From contig QPGO01000308.1 of the NCBI GenBank assembly GCA_008632985.1, positions 1 to 60,655 of the forward strand: DNA of 60,655 nt. The letters are read 5' to 3'. This document shows positions 24,278 to 36,110 of this stretch, piece after piece (the first letter of the stretch is position 1; the number at the start of each line of letters is the position of its first letter). A model generated the notes under the pieces. It had not been told where the DNA came from, did not search any database, and saw nothing but the letters and a program-made list of their open reading frames with translations. Source of the stretch: Psammoneis japonica. Lineage: Eukaryota. The position numbers and the translations under genes were made by a program.

Positions 24278-24901
24278 CTAGCTGATCCGCAACCTCACTG
24301 TTGTATTGTGGTGCGAGCAAGCGCAAGAATTCCGCCGCCCTCGATCCATGTTGTCTACTCTCACTGTGATTCCCTCATGCTCGGTAAATCCCGTTTCATT
24401 ATTTGAAGCATGAGCTTGATCACCAGGAGTGGATCCTAACGCTGGTCCATGCTGTTTCCCACCTGAATCCCCCGTTCCATCCGGATTTTGCGGACCCAGG
24501 TTAGCGCTAGTTCTAGCGTTGTCCGGGTTCGTGCAATCAACGGAGCGCAAGCGCTTGGCCCTGGATGAATGGCTCAATTTTTGCATCAAGTCCTCAGTGG
24601 CGGCCTTCTCCGGTAACTCAAAGAACATGCTCAAGAGTGCACGCTTGGACCCAAAGGAAGCATCAGAAAGGTCGATTGTTTTTTTCTTCGATGTATACTC
24701 TTTGGCAAACAGGGTAAGCGCGGCAACGGTGTCTTCCGGAAGAAGCTGCTGCGTCTTCTGCTGTTTGTATGCGTTGAACGCATTGAAGGTTTCTGCGCTA
24801 TTGAACGAAGGATTATTAAAATCGGCTGCAGTGTACCCACAATTCTCAAGGTAGGCACGATAATCCTCTCCAATTCTATCCCAAGGAGGAGTCGTCGCCA
24901 T
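24278..24901 (-). CDS. Hypothetical protein, 207 aa, possibly truncated
   Basis: ORF with a good ATG context and protein-like N-terminal half; no recognisable domain. Confidence 0.4.
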   Translation of the reverse strand: MATTPPWDRIGEDYRAYLENCGYTAADFNNPSFNSAETFNAFNAYKQQKTQQLLPEDTVAALTLFAKEYTSKKKTIDLSDASFGSKRALLSMFFELPEKAATEDLMQKLSHSSRAKRLRSVDCTNPDNARTSANLGPQNPDGTGDSGGKQHGPALGSTPGDQAHASNNETGFTEHEGITVRVDNMDRGRRNSCACSHHNTTVRLRIS

Positions 24902-25089
24902 GGTTGCTTGTTGTTGCTTGCCTTATTCTTTTTCCCATTTCTCGCGTTGTTACGAGACAAACGGCCGACAGACAGACAAATGCGACGGAAGAGTCGATTT
25001 CACGATTTCCGTCGTCCCCGTGCTTTTTGTGTGGCATTCCATGCTGACAATGGCGTGCCACCGATGACGCCGTTGATTTTAATTTTTAT

Positions 25090-27190
25090 GTGCCAAAATG
25101 CACCAGTTGTGTTGCACGGTGAGTGACAAGCATGGATGTGCACCCACAATGACCCTGGGTGCAGTTCTTTGTGGTTGAATTCAGGGCATCATCAGAGGCC
25201 GAATGCAGCGGCTTGTTCCACTTTCCTTTTTGCAAAATTTTTTAATGTGCATTGTTGAAATTGTCAATGAGCCAAATTTGAAAACTGTCAGCAACAATGC
25301 TCAACAAACTGCAGTTGTTTTGTGCATTTCATCTGAGATGTCTCATCAGCTTTTCTTGCACAAGCTTCAATCAAGTGCAGCCACCAGCCATGCAACAAGA
25401 GTGTCCAATTTAGAGTTGGGGCTGACATCTTTTTCTTGTGATGAATTGTTTGGTTTCCTTTTGATGGTCATCAATTTGAACTTGGTTTCAACTTTGGCCC
25501 TCCCCACTCATGTGCACCATGTGTCTTTGCATGTGTGCAGTCTGTTTCGCGCACAACAAGCCTGTCCCGCCCTCATTTTGAACTCCTCTTCATGCGTGTG
25601 GCTGCTTCCCAGATTTGTGCAGCCCCCAGCAGTTGGTCTGCAGCATTTTCAGCATTTTTTCTGTCCTCAGGCTGTGCTGAAAAAAGAAGGAGGGGAGAAG
25701 TGTGGGAATGCAGAAGCAGACCACATCACACAGGTTCCTGCGCGCAATTCAATGGCCCAGCTCACCTTTGAACAACACAGAGCTGTGGCTTGACAGTGTG
25801 CCAATTGCACACCTTGCGCCCCCACCTTCCTTTTTGTCCTCATCACAGTGCTGATGGGTGAGATTGGCATCAAATCATGTGCCATTGTCACTCTGCACTG
25901 CAAGAAAAATGAAATGGGCCGTGGCAGAGAGTCCAGTCAAATGTTGCTGTGGTGTGGTGTGGCATGTGCTGCTGCCCACACAGTTGATTGACCCACGTTG
26001 TGGGAGGAACAAGTGCACATGATGCTCCCAACTTGAGAGACTCCCTGACAACATCCAGAGGCACCCAACAACATGAGCAACAAGGTGGTTGCCATGAGAA
26101 GAGGAGCACTCACATGAGAGTCAACCAACTGATGACATGCTGCCCCTGGCATTGCTTTTTGTTGCGCAGTGCTTGCACCTCTCAAGTGCTTGCATCATTG
26201 TTGTTGTCTTGCCATGGCATGGTCTCTCACTTTCTCTTTTGCTGTCTTGTCGCCAAGTGCCCTGGGCTGGTTGTTGACTTCTTGGTTCTGGCATGGCAGA
26301 TGACAACAAAAGGTGGCTTCAACAAAGTCAACACTGTGCTTCTGCTGCTGGGGGACTCTCAGAGCATGTGCGAACCCAGTGACCCACTTTGGCTTCTCAG
26401 AGATTTGCCATTGTTGAGCAACCATCTGTTGTTCATTTGAGGACACCAGCTGGAGCAATGTTGGTGGCTGTTGTGAATGTTTTTGTTGCTCAGGAGTGAC
26501 AAGAGAATCTGCTCAAAAGCTGCTCATCATTTTGGAAAGAGCACGCTTGTTGTCAATGCCCCACATTGTCATGATCTTCATGTGTGGCCACACTGTGTGC
26601 ACTGTTCTTCTTGTGGCGCAAACTTTGGAGAGAGGCAAACCACTTTGTGCACTGCAGGGCCTGCAGATGTTGCACTCTGACTCAACCCACAAGTGGGCTG
26701 CAGAGAGTTCATGATGAATTGTCTGGGCCACATCGTGCTCCGACAAGTGTGGTGCGTCCTGTTGTGTTTGCTGGCGCCCGCTCATCCCATCCCGTGTGTG
26801 CCCGTGTTTCTGTCTGCACAGAAACCTGTGAGAGTTTCACGCCTCTGCACAAGAGTCACTGTAGACAACATGTTCTGTTCATTCTTTTGAGCTTGTGAGC
26901 AGCTGGGACATGCACTAAAAGAAGGGACTGCAAGCAGAATGATGCACGCACGCATGCGTGTGCATCGCATGCATGTCAATCAACCTTCTGAGTCACAAAC
27001 GCCTAAACTGCATAACACAGGTTCTCGCTTGCACACTGCAATCACAGAAGAGAACCATGAACCATGATGGCATCTATCAGAGGCTGTCTTTTGTGTCCTC
27101 TCCTCTCGCTGATGCACGTGCAACAACAAGGCGTGACAGGGAAAAAAGTGATCCTTCCCATCATGCCTATTGCCACTTCATTCGAGCATG
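25090..27190. repeat. TpA-depleted tract (unidentified degraded element)
   Basis: TA nearly absent, TG/CA excess, spurious Cys/His-rich ORFs. Confidence 0.7.
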
Positions 27191-27301
27191 AGAAGCAAAT
27201 ACAAATGCCGGTAATACCTTCGTCTGCAACACCAACCGGTCCCGCGGTCGTCAGTCTAGACTTTCAAACATTATTTGACAACGCGCAACAGTTCGGGATG
27301 C

Positions 27302-28171
27302 TTTGAGCGCATGTAGATTTCTCGTGAATCGAATCGCGATTGTTTTCAATGTGCGTTCGTGATAAATTGCAAGTGCATTCAAAAAACGCGAGTCCAACCA
27401 GAAAACGCGACATCGACCCCGTCTCGTTGTTCTGATTCCATGATTTGATATCGCGTTGTTGTTCGTCGCCGCGATCTGTTGGGGGTGTATCGGACAACAC
27501 GATTGATTTCAATCACGTCGTGTGGGAATGTAAATAAAAGGCGGGACCGGATGCAGTTGTACATGTACGTCCTCATGGTATGTTCCGAGCGCATGGTCTC
27601 CGCGATTCGATGACAGCTACAAAATGTGCGGAAAGATTGGAAAACGCGAACTAGATCGTAAATGCGAAGCTGTGTCTTGGTTATGCAACGATGCTTGTTC
27701 ATCCAGAGAATACATAAATCAAGAAAAAGCATCTTACAACGCTCGCCGCAACAATGAAAGGAATGTTTTGAGTGCATGTAGATTTCATAAAAAAACGCGA
27801 GTCCAACCATGAAAATGCGACATCGATCCCGTCTCGCGGTTTTGATTCCATGATTTGACATCGCGTTGTTGCACGTCGCCGCGATCTGTTGAGAGTGCAT
27901 CGGACAACACGATTGATTTCAATCACGTCATGTGGGAATGTAAACAAACGGCGGGACCGGATGCAATTGTATTTGTACGTCGTCATGGTATGTTCCGAGA
28001 GCATGATCTCTGCGATTCGATGACAGCTGCAAAATGCGCGGAAAGATTGGGAAACGCCGAACTAGATCGTAAATGCGAAGCTGTGTCTTGGTTATGCAAC
28101 GATGCTTGTTCATGCAGAGAGCACATAAAATCAAGAAAAAGCATCTTACAACACTCGCCGCAACAATGAAA
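27302..28171 (+). repeat. Tandem duplication of the upstream region plus ATGAAA of the lectin gene (27302-27759 and 27767-28171)
   Basis: Two ~400-bp near-identical copies, both ending aaaaagcatcttacaac.ctcgccgcaacaATGAAA; only the second continues into the CDS. Confidence 0.9.
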
Positions 28172-28690
28172 TTATTACTTTCCATTACAGTCTCCACCTT
28201 GGCTATTGGATCAGCGAGCGCTCTTCGGGGCGTTTACCAGCTTAAAAACCATGCATACTGCATCGGAGCTGAAGGCGATCGGGCCAAGTACGTCTCTTGC
28301 AGTAACTCCAACACCCAATGGTATGTGGAAAATACCAATGGTGGCAGGATTCGTTTGGACTCCAACCGAAACAAGTGCCTCACGGCTGGGCATGGCGATC
28401 TTCTGCAGGACGGAACGAACATGCGGGTCAAGGATTGCAGAAACAGTTCATTGAAAAGGAGTCTCCAGACGTTCAAGCATCCGGGGGGGGAAATGATCCT
28501 CGAGGCCTTCCCGGATTACGGCGTTTTTGCTCAAGGTGACCCGCCTCGCGAGGGCAACATCATCGTTGTGAAACTGCATCAAAACCTGGGAGGGCGCGAT
28601 TATTCGTGGGACTTTGAAGACAGGAAGCTAGAAGGAAATGATTCCAATGGTGATGGCTGGGAACTGATTTTAGTAGAGGAGGAAGAATAG
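28166..28690 (+). CDS. Secreted ricin-B (beta-trefoil) lectin-like protein, 174 aa
   Basis: Signal peptide MKLLLSITVSTLAIGSASA; YCIG..VSC..TQW and KCLTA..VKDC..LQTF subdomains; RKL plus acidic tail. Confidence 0.75.
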   Translation: MKLLLSITVSTLAIGSASALRGVYQLKNHAYCIGAEGDRAKYVSCSNSNTQWYVENTNGGRIRLDSNRNKCLTAGHGDLLQDGTNMRVKDCRNSSLKRSLQTFKHPGGEMILEAFPDYGVFAQGDPPREGNIIVVKLHQNLGGRDYSWDFEDRKLEGNDSNGDGWELILVEEEE

Positions 28691-28869
28691 GATGATATGC
28701 AGGATTGAGGGGTTGGCATCTCGGAGACTTGGATCTATGCTCCTTGAACCTCTTGACTCATTGGGTGATTGATCGGTCTTTTACATATGTAGAGTACATA
28801 TAGTTCATGTTATTTATTGCTTGTTCCCATCATTGTCCACTCTCGACTTTTTGGGAATAAAGATTTACG

Positions 28870-30490
28870 ACGAAAGCACGTGAGTCCCACAGGCTCAAAA
28901 ACATGCACTCATGATCATCTCACTCGATTGTGACGTGGATTTTGACGCCGTGGTGCAACGGCGCACTTCACGACGACGATGGCAATGATCCCACCATTAT
29001 GACAATTGCCCAAATCCACACTTTCAGACTGGTGCAAGCCACAAACTGACTTTTGTCTGCAGAGGCAGTTGTCAGCCACTCTTGTAATTTTGCAAAGCAG
29101 CGTGCAAAATGTTCCATGTGAACAAAAACAGCATGCTTCCATCAATGCTGCATGCTCAAGAACAGGTCAAATGCTTGTGCTCCAATGCTGTGCACAATCC
29201 ATTGTGGGCTGGATGATGATGTGGTGGTGTGCACGCTTTCTGGCACCAGAGGCACAACAGCAGCAAACATGGTGATGGGGCAACAACAGCAGCTGAAGTT
29301 CCACAGTTGTGTTGTGTGTCTTTTGGCGTCATTTTGTGGTGTGTTGTGAGGGTGCCATGCTGGAATTGTGCACTTTCTCTGTGTGTGCAAAAGGTGCAGA
29401 GGGTTGCTGTGGGGCTTTGGTGCTTGCTGGAAAGAAAACAGCTCTCTGCAAAGGTCAGATTCAAAAGCCTTCTTTTGACAAGAACGTCTCTTGCAACTGT
29501 GATGAATGTTGCTGCAAGAAACCGGGGTGCACACCTGCTCATCATTTTCTGCTGAGCAAGGCTCCACAAGCTCATGGCATAAGATGCTGCCATTTTTCAA
29601 GTGGGCAGAACAATGAATGGTTGCACCACAAATTGGCGCAAAATCAATCTAAAATTGAGCAAAGGCAAACATGAATTTTGCACAGGGACACAAGAAAAAA
29701 ATGTGAGCAAGTGTCACAGCCCTGCCCACGACAGCTCTCATGTGCAGTCATGGGAAAGGTGGCACAGCTGGGCTGCACAGCCAGGTTGCACAGCCAGAAG
29801 AAGGTCACAGCTCTGGTGATTGTGTTCTCTCCATTGCATCCAACATCACTTTGTTCCTGTGCAAGCAAAGCAGTGGCATCTTTTTTCACCCCCACAGGCG
29901 GCACAGTCTGGCGTTTGTCTGACATGACTTGCCCTCTCACACTGCTGCAGCTTGTGGCAATGTGTTCCAGCTCTGAGCGGGACTCTGTTTGACACTGGGC
30001 TCATGCAAAATTCTGCATGTGAGCTCTGCAGCAAAATTGCCAGCTGATTTTCTCACACCACATCAAGAATGATCATGAAAAGGAGAAAAAAGCTGTTTTT
30101 GCAAATCAACAAACTCACTCAGCAGCATCAGCAGGCTTTGAAGGCATCATTTTGCCATGCTGCAATCCAGCCAGCCAGAGCTGGCGAATGTTGGGGAGGT
30201 GCTGGAGGATGACCCTTCAAAAAATGACGGTTTTCTGCCCAAGTTGTTTGCAAAAGCACGATCCAGCAAAGAAAGCTCAGAAGTGTTCCCTTGTCATGGT
30301 TGTCATTCTACAAACAGGCTTTGCATTGATGTGTGCGCCGTCGCCCTCTAGCTGGCAGGTGGCAGCTGGAGCAGTCAGTGCAGAGGTGAAACGGCGTGTG
30401 TCGCACGGCCAACGCGACGGGATGACCATGCCAGAACGCAATTGCGGACAGATGGACGACGAGCATGTCAGGCAGGCATTGCAGGTGGGC
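28870..30490. repeat. TpA-depleted tract upstream of the nested elements
   Basis: TA nearly absent; no credible CDS. Confidence 0.65.
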
Positions 30491-30830
30491 CCCACCCCTG
30501 AGCAAGAGGGTTCTCGTGTCAGTTGCTTCGGGTGTGCAGTGCTTGGTTGATTGCATGAAATGGTTCGAATTGTCTGTGCAGGCCGACACAGCGCTTGCAC
30601 GCTCGCAACACAGACATTGAGAGTTCAAAGTCATGTTTCAGTCTCTTTTCCAGGTTATTTCACATGTCCCTGCTCATTTTTCACGAGCTCTAATTTGCAC
30701 ACGAACCACATGCTGGTTCCTGTGCATTTGCGTGCATTTTGTGCCAGCCGCATCGTAGAGGGGTGTTGTTCGCCGGCCCTGACGAACTCTTTCTCAGACA
30801 CAAAATGCTTTTCACGACGTTCCGGCACAT

Positions 30831-30994
30831 TGCAGCAACTCACCCGCATGCTTCTGACACACAGCATCAATTTTGGATGTTAGATTGACACAGCCGTTTG
30901 AGAGAGGCTCACCAGCGTTCGCTGACACTTAGGCTCCCCTCTCTTTGGTCTACTCACTTCTTTGTTTTGACACCAGTTTCAGCTTGAGCTTGCA
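30831..30994 (+). repeat. 5' LTR
   Basis: Gap-free alignment with 36111-36274; 19 differences, all transitions. Confidence 0.95.
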
Positions 30995-31024
30995 CTGCAA
31001 TTGCAGTCAATTGTAAAGAGTTGA

Positions 31025-31234
31025 ATGAGAAACAACGACACAACTAACAGGCTTGCAAAACAAGAGAAAAGAATGTTGAGAGCGAAGGCAGCGAACTGGG
31101 CTTTGGAACAAAAACGGCAAAAGGAGACACGAAAACAACGAAAACAGGATTTGGCGATTCGGGTTGCACAACTCGAGTCGAAGGTGGAGCACTTGAAGCA
31201 GTTTCTTGGAGGACCAACTTGGCCTGATGAGTGA
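31025..31234 (+). CDS. Short basic/coiled-coil ORF in the Gypsy leader, overlapping the gag start
   Basis: 69 aa; KRQKETRKQRKQDLAIRVAQLESKVEHLKQFL heptad pattern. Confidence 0.4.
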   Translation: MRNNDTTNRLAKQEKRMLRAKAANWALEQKRQKETRKQRKQDLAIRVAQLESKVEHLKQFLGGPTWPDE

Positions 31235-32444
31235 TCGCGAGAGTCTTAAAGAACCGTGCATTTTGCATGCTGTGAAATTTGCTCATTTGGATTTGGAACT
31301 TGCGGGGTTGACTCAGTCGCATGATGATGGCAGCACGCGTGTGAAGAAGTGCCCTTGTTTTGACGGAACTAATGGCATTGAAGCGCTGTTGTTCATGGAA
31401 GATTGTTTTTGTAAACTGGCTGCAAAACTTGAATTCACTGCAGGTGAAGAACCATTTGACAATTTCGAGGAAGTGTTGACAGACACTGCTGAAGACAAAT
31501 GGTCCAATCTCACCGTGGCGATTCCGAATGCGCAAAAGACGGTGGCTCGTTTTGACCAAGAATTGGCTCGTTTTTATTTGTCACATTGTGAAACTGAAGT
31601 GCGTGACACGATGATTGAACACTTGCTCTCCCTCAAAAAACCACATGATGTTGAAGCACAGGCACACGCAGATCGAATGGAGACCTTGGTGCGATGCACA
31701 AACAAGTTGCCGGGAAATGATCCAGTTGTCACTCAGAACCAAAAGAAGAAGATGATCTTCGACAGCTTCCCTTTGTCGTGGCGCAAGATGCACACAAGAG
31801 CAGGACGCATGATTGGAAATGATGCGTCAGTGGAAATTGTGGCGTGTGTGAGCACGGAGAAATCATTTGCAGACAGAAACAAGAAGACTTCGAAGAAGCG
31901 CAAAGATGGACAATCGAAAGGTGGCGGCTCTGCCAAGAAAAAAGGCAATCGCATTGACCAAGAATCTCAATGTCCTTTGCATGCTCACAATCACAAGTGG
32001 AAAGATTGCGTCATGAATCCCGACTCTAACAACTGCTGTCCAAGAACTGATCGCGGAGGTCGCGGACATGGTGGCCGTGGCGGTCGAGGTGGCAGTCGAG
32101 GTGGAGGTCGTGGTTGTGGCGGAGCGCAAGGTCGTGGTTGGCAAGGCCGTTGCTGTCAAGGTCGTGGTGGTGGCCGAGGAAACTACGGTGGTCGCGGAAA
32201 CTGTAACTCTGGCGGCAACAGCGGCGAGCATCATGATGATGGTGGCTCTTGCATGCAATGTCAAAACGACACCCGAACCAATGCAGATGGCGGCGGTTAC
32301 GGCAATCCAGCCAGAACGGCTCCTCCCAATGATTGGTCTGCTGAAAGCCATCATCTTGATTCGACAGGAGGGCCTCGAGAGCATCGAGGTGGAACGGGAA
32401 GTTTTTGACCTGGTGGTCGCTTCTCGGGACGCAGTCGACACTGA
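31227..32444 (+). pseudogene. gag: Gypsy gag
   Basis: CPLHAHNHKWKDC knuckle-like motif and RGG-rich nucleocapsid tail; TGA at 32406 and 32442. Confidence 0.8.
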
Positions 32445-35400
32445 CCCAATGAGCTTGAAGAGCTGTCGTCCGAGTGTGTCACTCCTGATTTTTGTGTGTT
32501 TGATGATTGCACTGATTGCATTGATGATTGTCACACACACGCTGCTGATTTATTTGATGACGACGATTTCGGAAATTACACTGTGAATGACGAAGATGAT
32601 GTGGGAATTGAGTGTGCTGTGCCAACCCCAAAAACAAAACCAACAAAGCCATTGAGTGTGGTCCCTGCAACCTCACTCACGGCGCGATTCATTCAAGACA
32701 AGGAAAGCAAGCGCATGATGTGGGTGTTGCTTGATTCCGGTGGAACCCATTCAATGATTCATGCTTGGGTGTTGCCGGTTGGAGCAGTTCCAGCATTGGA
32801 AGAGACAGGAACGATTCGTGCAAAGTTTGGGACAACAGTGGGAGAACTCGAATCAACTCGTTGTGTTTGACTGCAGGACTTGGTGCTCCCTGAATTCAAC
32901 AAGACCAAACATGTTGACTGCATGCATGCGCATGTGTTTGACTCACCCTGCCAATGTGATGTGATCCTTGGACAGGACTTCTTGGCGAGAGCGGGCATCA
33001 CGTTGGATTTCGAACACGGAATTGTCAAGTGGCTCGGTTCAAGCATTGCAATGAAGCCGAAGAATCAACAGACTGGCATCCAGCAATGGCTCAATGATTT
33101 AACTGATGAGCCAGCCAATGATGATGATGTGTGGGACAGTTGCATCCTCGATGCAAAGTGTGAAGAGACGTCCCCGTCTGAAGCAGCTTCAGCTCAGAAG
33201 CATCTCACTGCCGAACAGCAAGAGAAATTGCATCTCGTGTTGGAGAAACACACTGCTCTTTTTGATGGCACCCTTGGCAAGCACACTGGCGAAAAAGTTC
33301 ACCTTGATGTTGACGCTGACGCCGTTCCGCACCATTCTCGAGCGCACGCAGTGCCGCACAATGATCTCGAGACTTTTGAGCGAGAATTAGATCACTTGGT
33401 GGCTCTTGGCGTTCTTGAAGAAGCCGGAACTTCGGAATGGGCTGCAGGTGCCTTTATTTGACCGAAGAAAGATGGTCGAGTGCGGTGGCTCAGCGACTTT
33501 CGGGAACTCAACAAAGCCCTCAAGCGCAAGGTTTGTCCCTCACCGATCATTCAAGATGTGTTGCAAAAGAGAGCCGGGTGCAAATTTCTTACAAAATTGG
33601 ATCTCTCAATGATGTGCTGTGCATTTGAACTGGACGACGATTCCAAAGATCTGACGACAATCGTGACACCCTTTGGAAAGCATCGATGCTGCCGTCTGGC
33701 AATGGGTTTGAAGCCAGCTCCAGATGTTGCGCAATGCTTGATTGAGAAAACTGTGCTTGACTTGGACGTTGACGCGTGCATTGATGATCTCGCTCAATTT
33801 GATGACAATTTTGACATTCACCTTGCTCGTCTCGACAAACTCCTGCAACGTTTGGAAGAAGCTGGATTTAAAGTGAACCCTTTGAAATGTGAATGGTGTG
33901 TGCAGGAAACGGATTTCCTTGGGCATTGGCCAACTCCGACTGGAATTCGTCCGTGGAAGAAGAAAGTGGAAGCCATTCTGCAAATGCAACCTCCGGAAAA
34001 CATCAAGCAGCTTCGTTCGTTCCTTGGTGCTGTGACATGCTGTCGCAACATGTGGCCTCGGTGTTCTCACTTGTTGAAACCCTTGACAGATCTCACAGGC
34101 AAAGGCTCGTGGACGTGGACAGCAGATTGTCAGGCAGCGTTCGAAGAGATGAAAGCAGCACCAGCGGCCGAGACGTCAATGGTGCACCTGAATCACAACA
34201 AACCCTTCCATGTCTGCACCGATGCCAGTGATTGCCAAATGGGTGCAGTGATTGTACAAGATGGAAAACCCATTGCACATTGGTCTTGAAAGCTGAACGC
34301 GGCGCAACAAAACTGCTCGACGATCGAAAAAGAACTCTTGGCCATTGTCGTGTGCTTCCGCGAATTCTGAACAATGCTCCTTGGCGGTGATTTGCATGTG
34401 TTCACCGACCACAAGAACCTTGCCTTTCGCACCTTGAATTCACAACGTGTGCTCCATTGGCGCCTCTTTCTGGAAGACTTTGCCCCTCAATTCCATTGTG
34501 TCGAAGGCCGCTTGAATGTCTTGGCTGATTGTTTTTCTCGTTTACCTCACATGGATCCTCCCTCTGAAGGGAAGAGTTTGGCTCCGGGCAAAGGAACTGT
34601 TGTTGATTTTGCTCCGCTCGATTCGAAGTTGGTGCCGAGTGAGGAACCATCCGAAGTCGAGGATTTCCGCGATGAGGACTTGGAGCTTGGCGCGTGCCGA
34701 TTCAAGTGTTGTCGCAACATTGAAAATGAAGGCCACTCACACTTCTTCTCTTTCTTTGTTGATGAGCCGGAGCTGTTTGATTCTTTTTTGAATTGCCCTG
34801 CGATGCAGGAGATGCAAAATCCAATGACGTTACAACGGATTCAAGAGTGCCAGTTCGAGGACCAACAATTGAACCAGATGCGCATTGCTCACCCTGATCA
34901 TTTTCTCGTGGAACATGTGAACAATCGACCGCTTGTGTGTTGTCGCACGCGATTGAATGATCCTCCAGGACAGTGGAAAATCTGTTTGCCGACTGCACTT
35001 GTGCCCGACATCTTATGGTGGCATCATCTCGTCCTTGGCCATGCCGGAAGCCAGCGCATGCGTGAAACAATCCAGGCTCATTGTTGTCACCCTGGGTTGC
35101 GTCGCATGTGTGATGAATGTTCTTGCGCTGATTGCCAACATGACAAAACTTTGGGTCCTGGCCATGGAGAGCTGCCCGAACAAGAAGCTCCATTGACTCC
35201 CTGGTCGGAAGTGGCGGTTGACCTCATTGGCCCGTGGAAAATCAAAGTGCCGAATGGAGAGATTGAGTTTCGCGCGTTGACCTGCATTGATCCTGTCTCC
35301 AATCTTGTTGAACTGGTGAGAATTGAGAACAAAACTGCTCGACATGTTGCCAACCAATTCGAAAACTGCTGGCTTGCACGCTGTCCCAGACCGAATCGAT

Positions 35401-35987
35401 GCATCCACGACAACGGCGGCGAGTTCACCGGGTGTGAGTTTCAGATGCCATTGCAACGAGCCGGAATTGATGATGTGCCAACTGCTTCATGCAACCCTCA
35501 AGCCAATGCCATTTGTGGATGAATGCACCAGACTGTCGGCAATGCACTGCGCACGCTCATTGCTTCTGATCCACCTCAAAACCTTCAGGATGCAGCCAGC
35601 CTCGTGGACGATGCTTTGGCAACTGCAGCGCATGCAACCCGCTGTGCTGTTTCCCGTTCCTTGCAGATTTCACCAGGTGCTGTGGTGTTCGGACGTGACA
35701 TGATCTTGGACATCCCAGCACTGGCAGATTTGTTGACAATTCAAGGCCATCGCCAGATGCTGATCAACGACAACTTGCGATGAGCCAATGCCAAGAGAAG
35801 ATCCTGCGATTGTCAAGTGGGTGATCAAGCTCCAGTCAAGCACATTGAGCCATCCAGACTCGAGCCTCGTGCTCATGGTCCTCACCCTGTTGTTCAAGTG
35901 CATGCAAATGGCACACTCTCGGTTCGTCGAGCTCCTCATGTGGTTGAGCGCCTCAACACTCGGCGCCTGATTCCTTTTCGCGGTTGA
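32445..35987 (+). pseudogene. pol: Gypsy pol (protease, RT, RNase H, integrase) in one frame with six internal TGA stops
   Basis: LLDSGG; DFRELNK, LDLSM, ACIDD (for YIDD); TDASD, EKELLAIV, TDHKN; HLVLGH..C..C, VAVDLIGP, DNGGEF, NPQANA; stops at 32868, 33459, 34287, 34368, 35520 and 35781. Confidence 0.95.
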
Positions 35988-36110
35988 TCAGGGGGTTTTC
36001 TTCCCAACACCTGGGTTTCCTCCTGTCATTGTCTTTGCTTTTGGTTTTGGTCCTTGGTTTTTGGCCCTTTGCATGATCCTCTGGTTCTTTCGGATCATAG
36101 AAGGGAAGAG

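Noticed and set aside
32445..35987. Alternative genetic code or selenocysteine/readthrough explanation for TGA stops and Cys in place of Tyr
   Set aside because: Neighbouring host genes use the standard code with normal Tyr; the TGAs mostly sit at expected Arg (CGA) sites; non-coding repeats show the same changes
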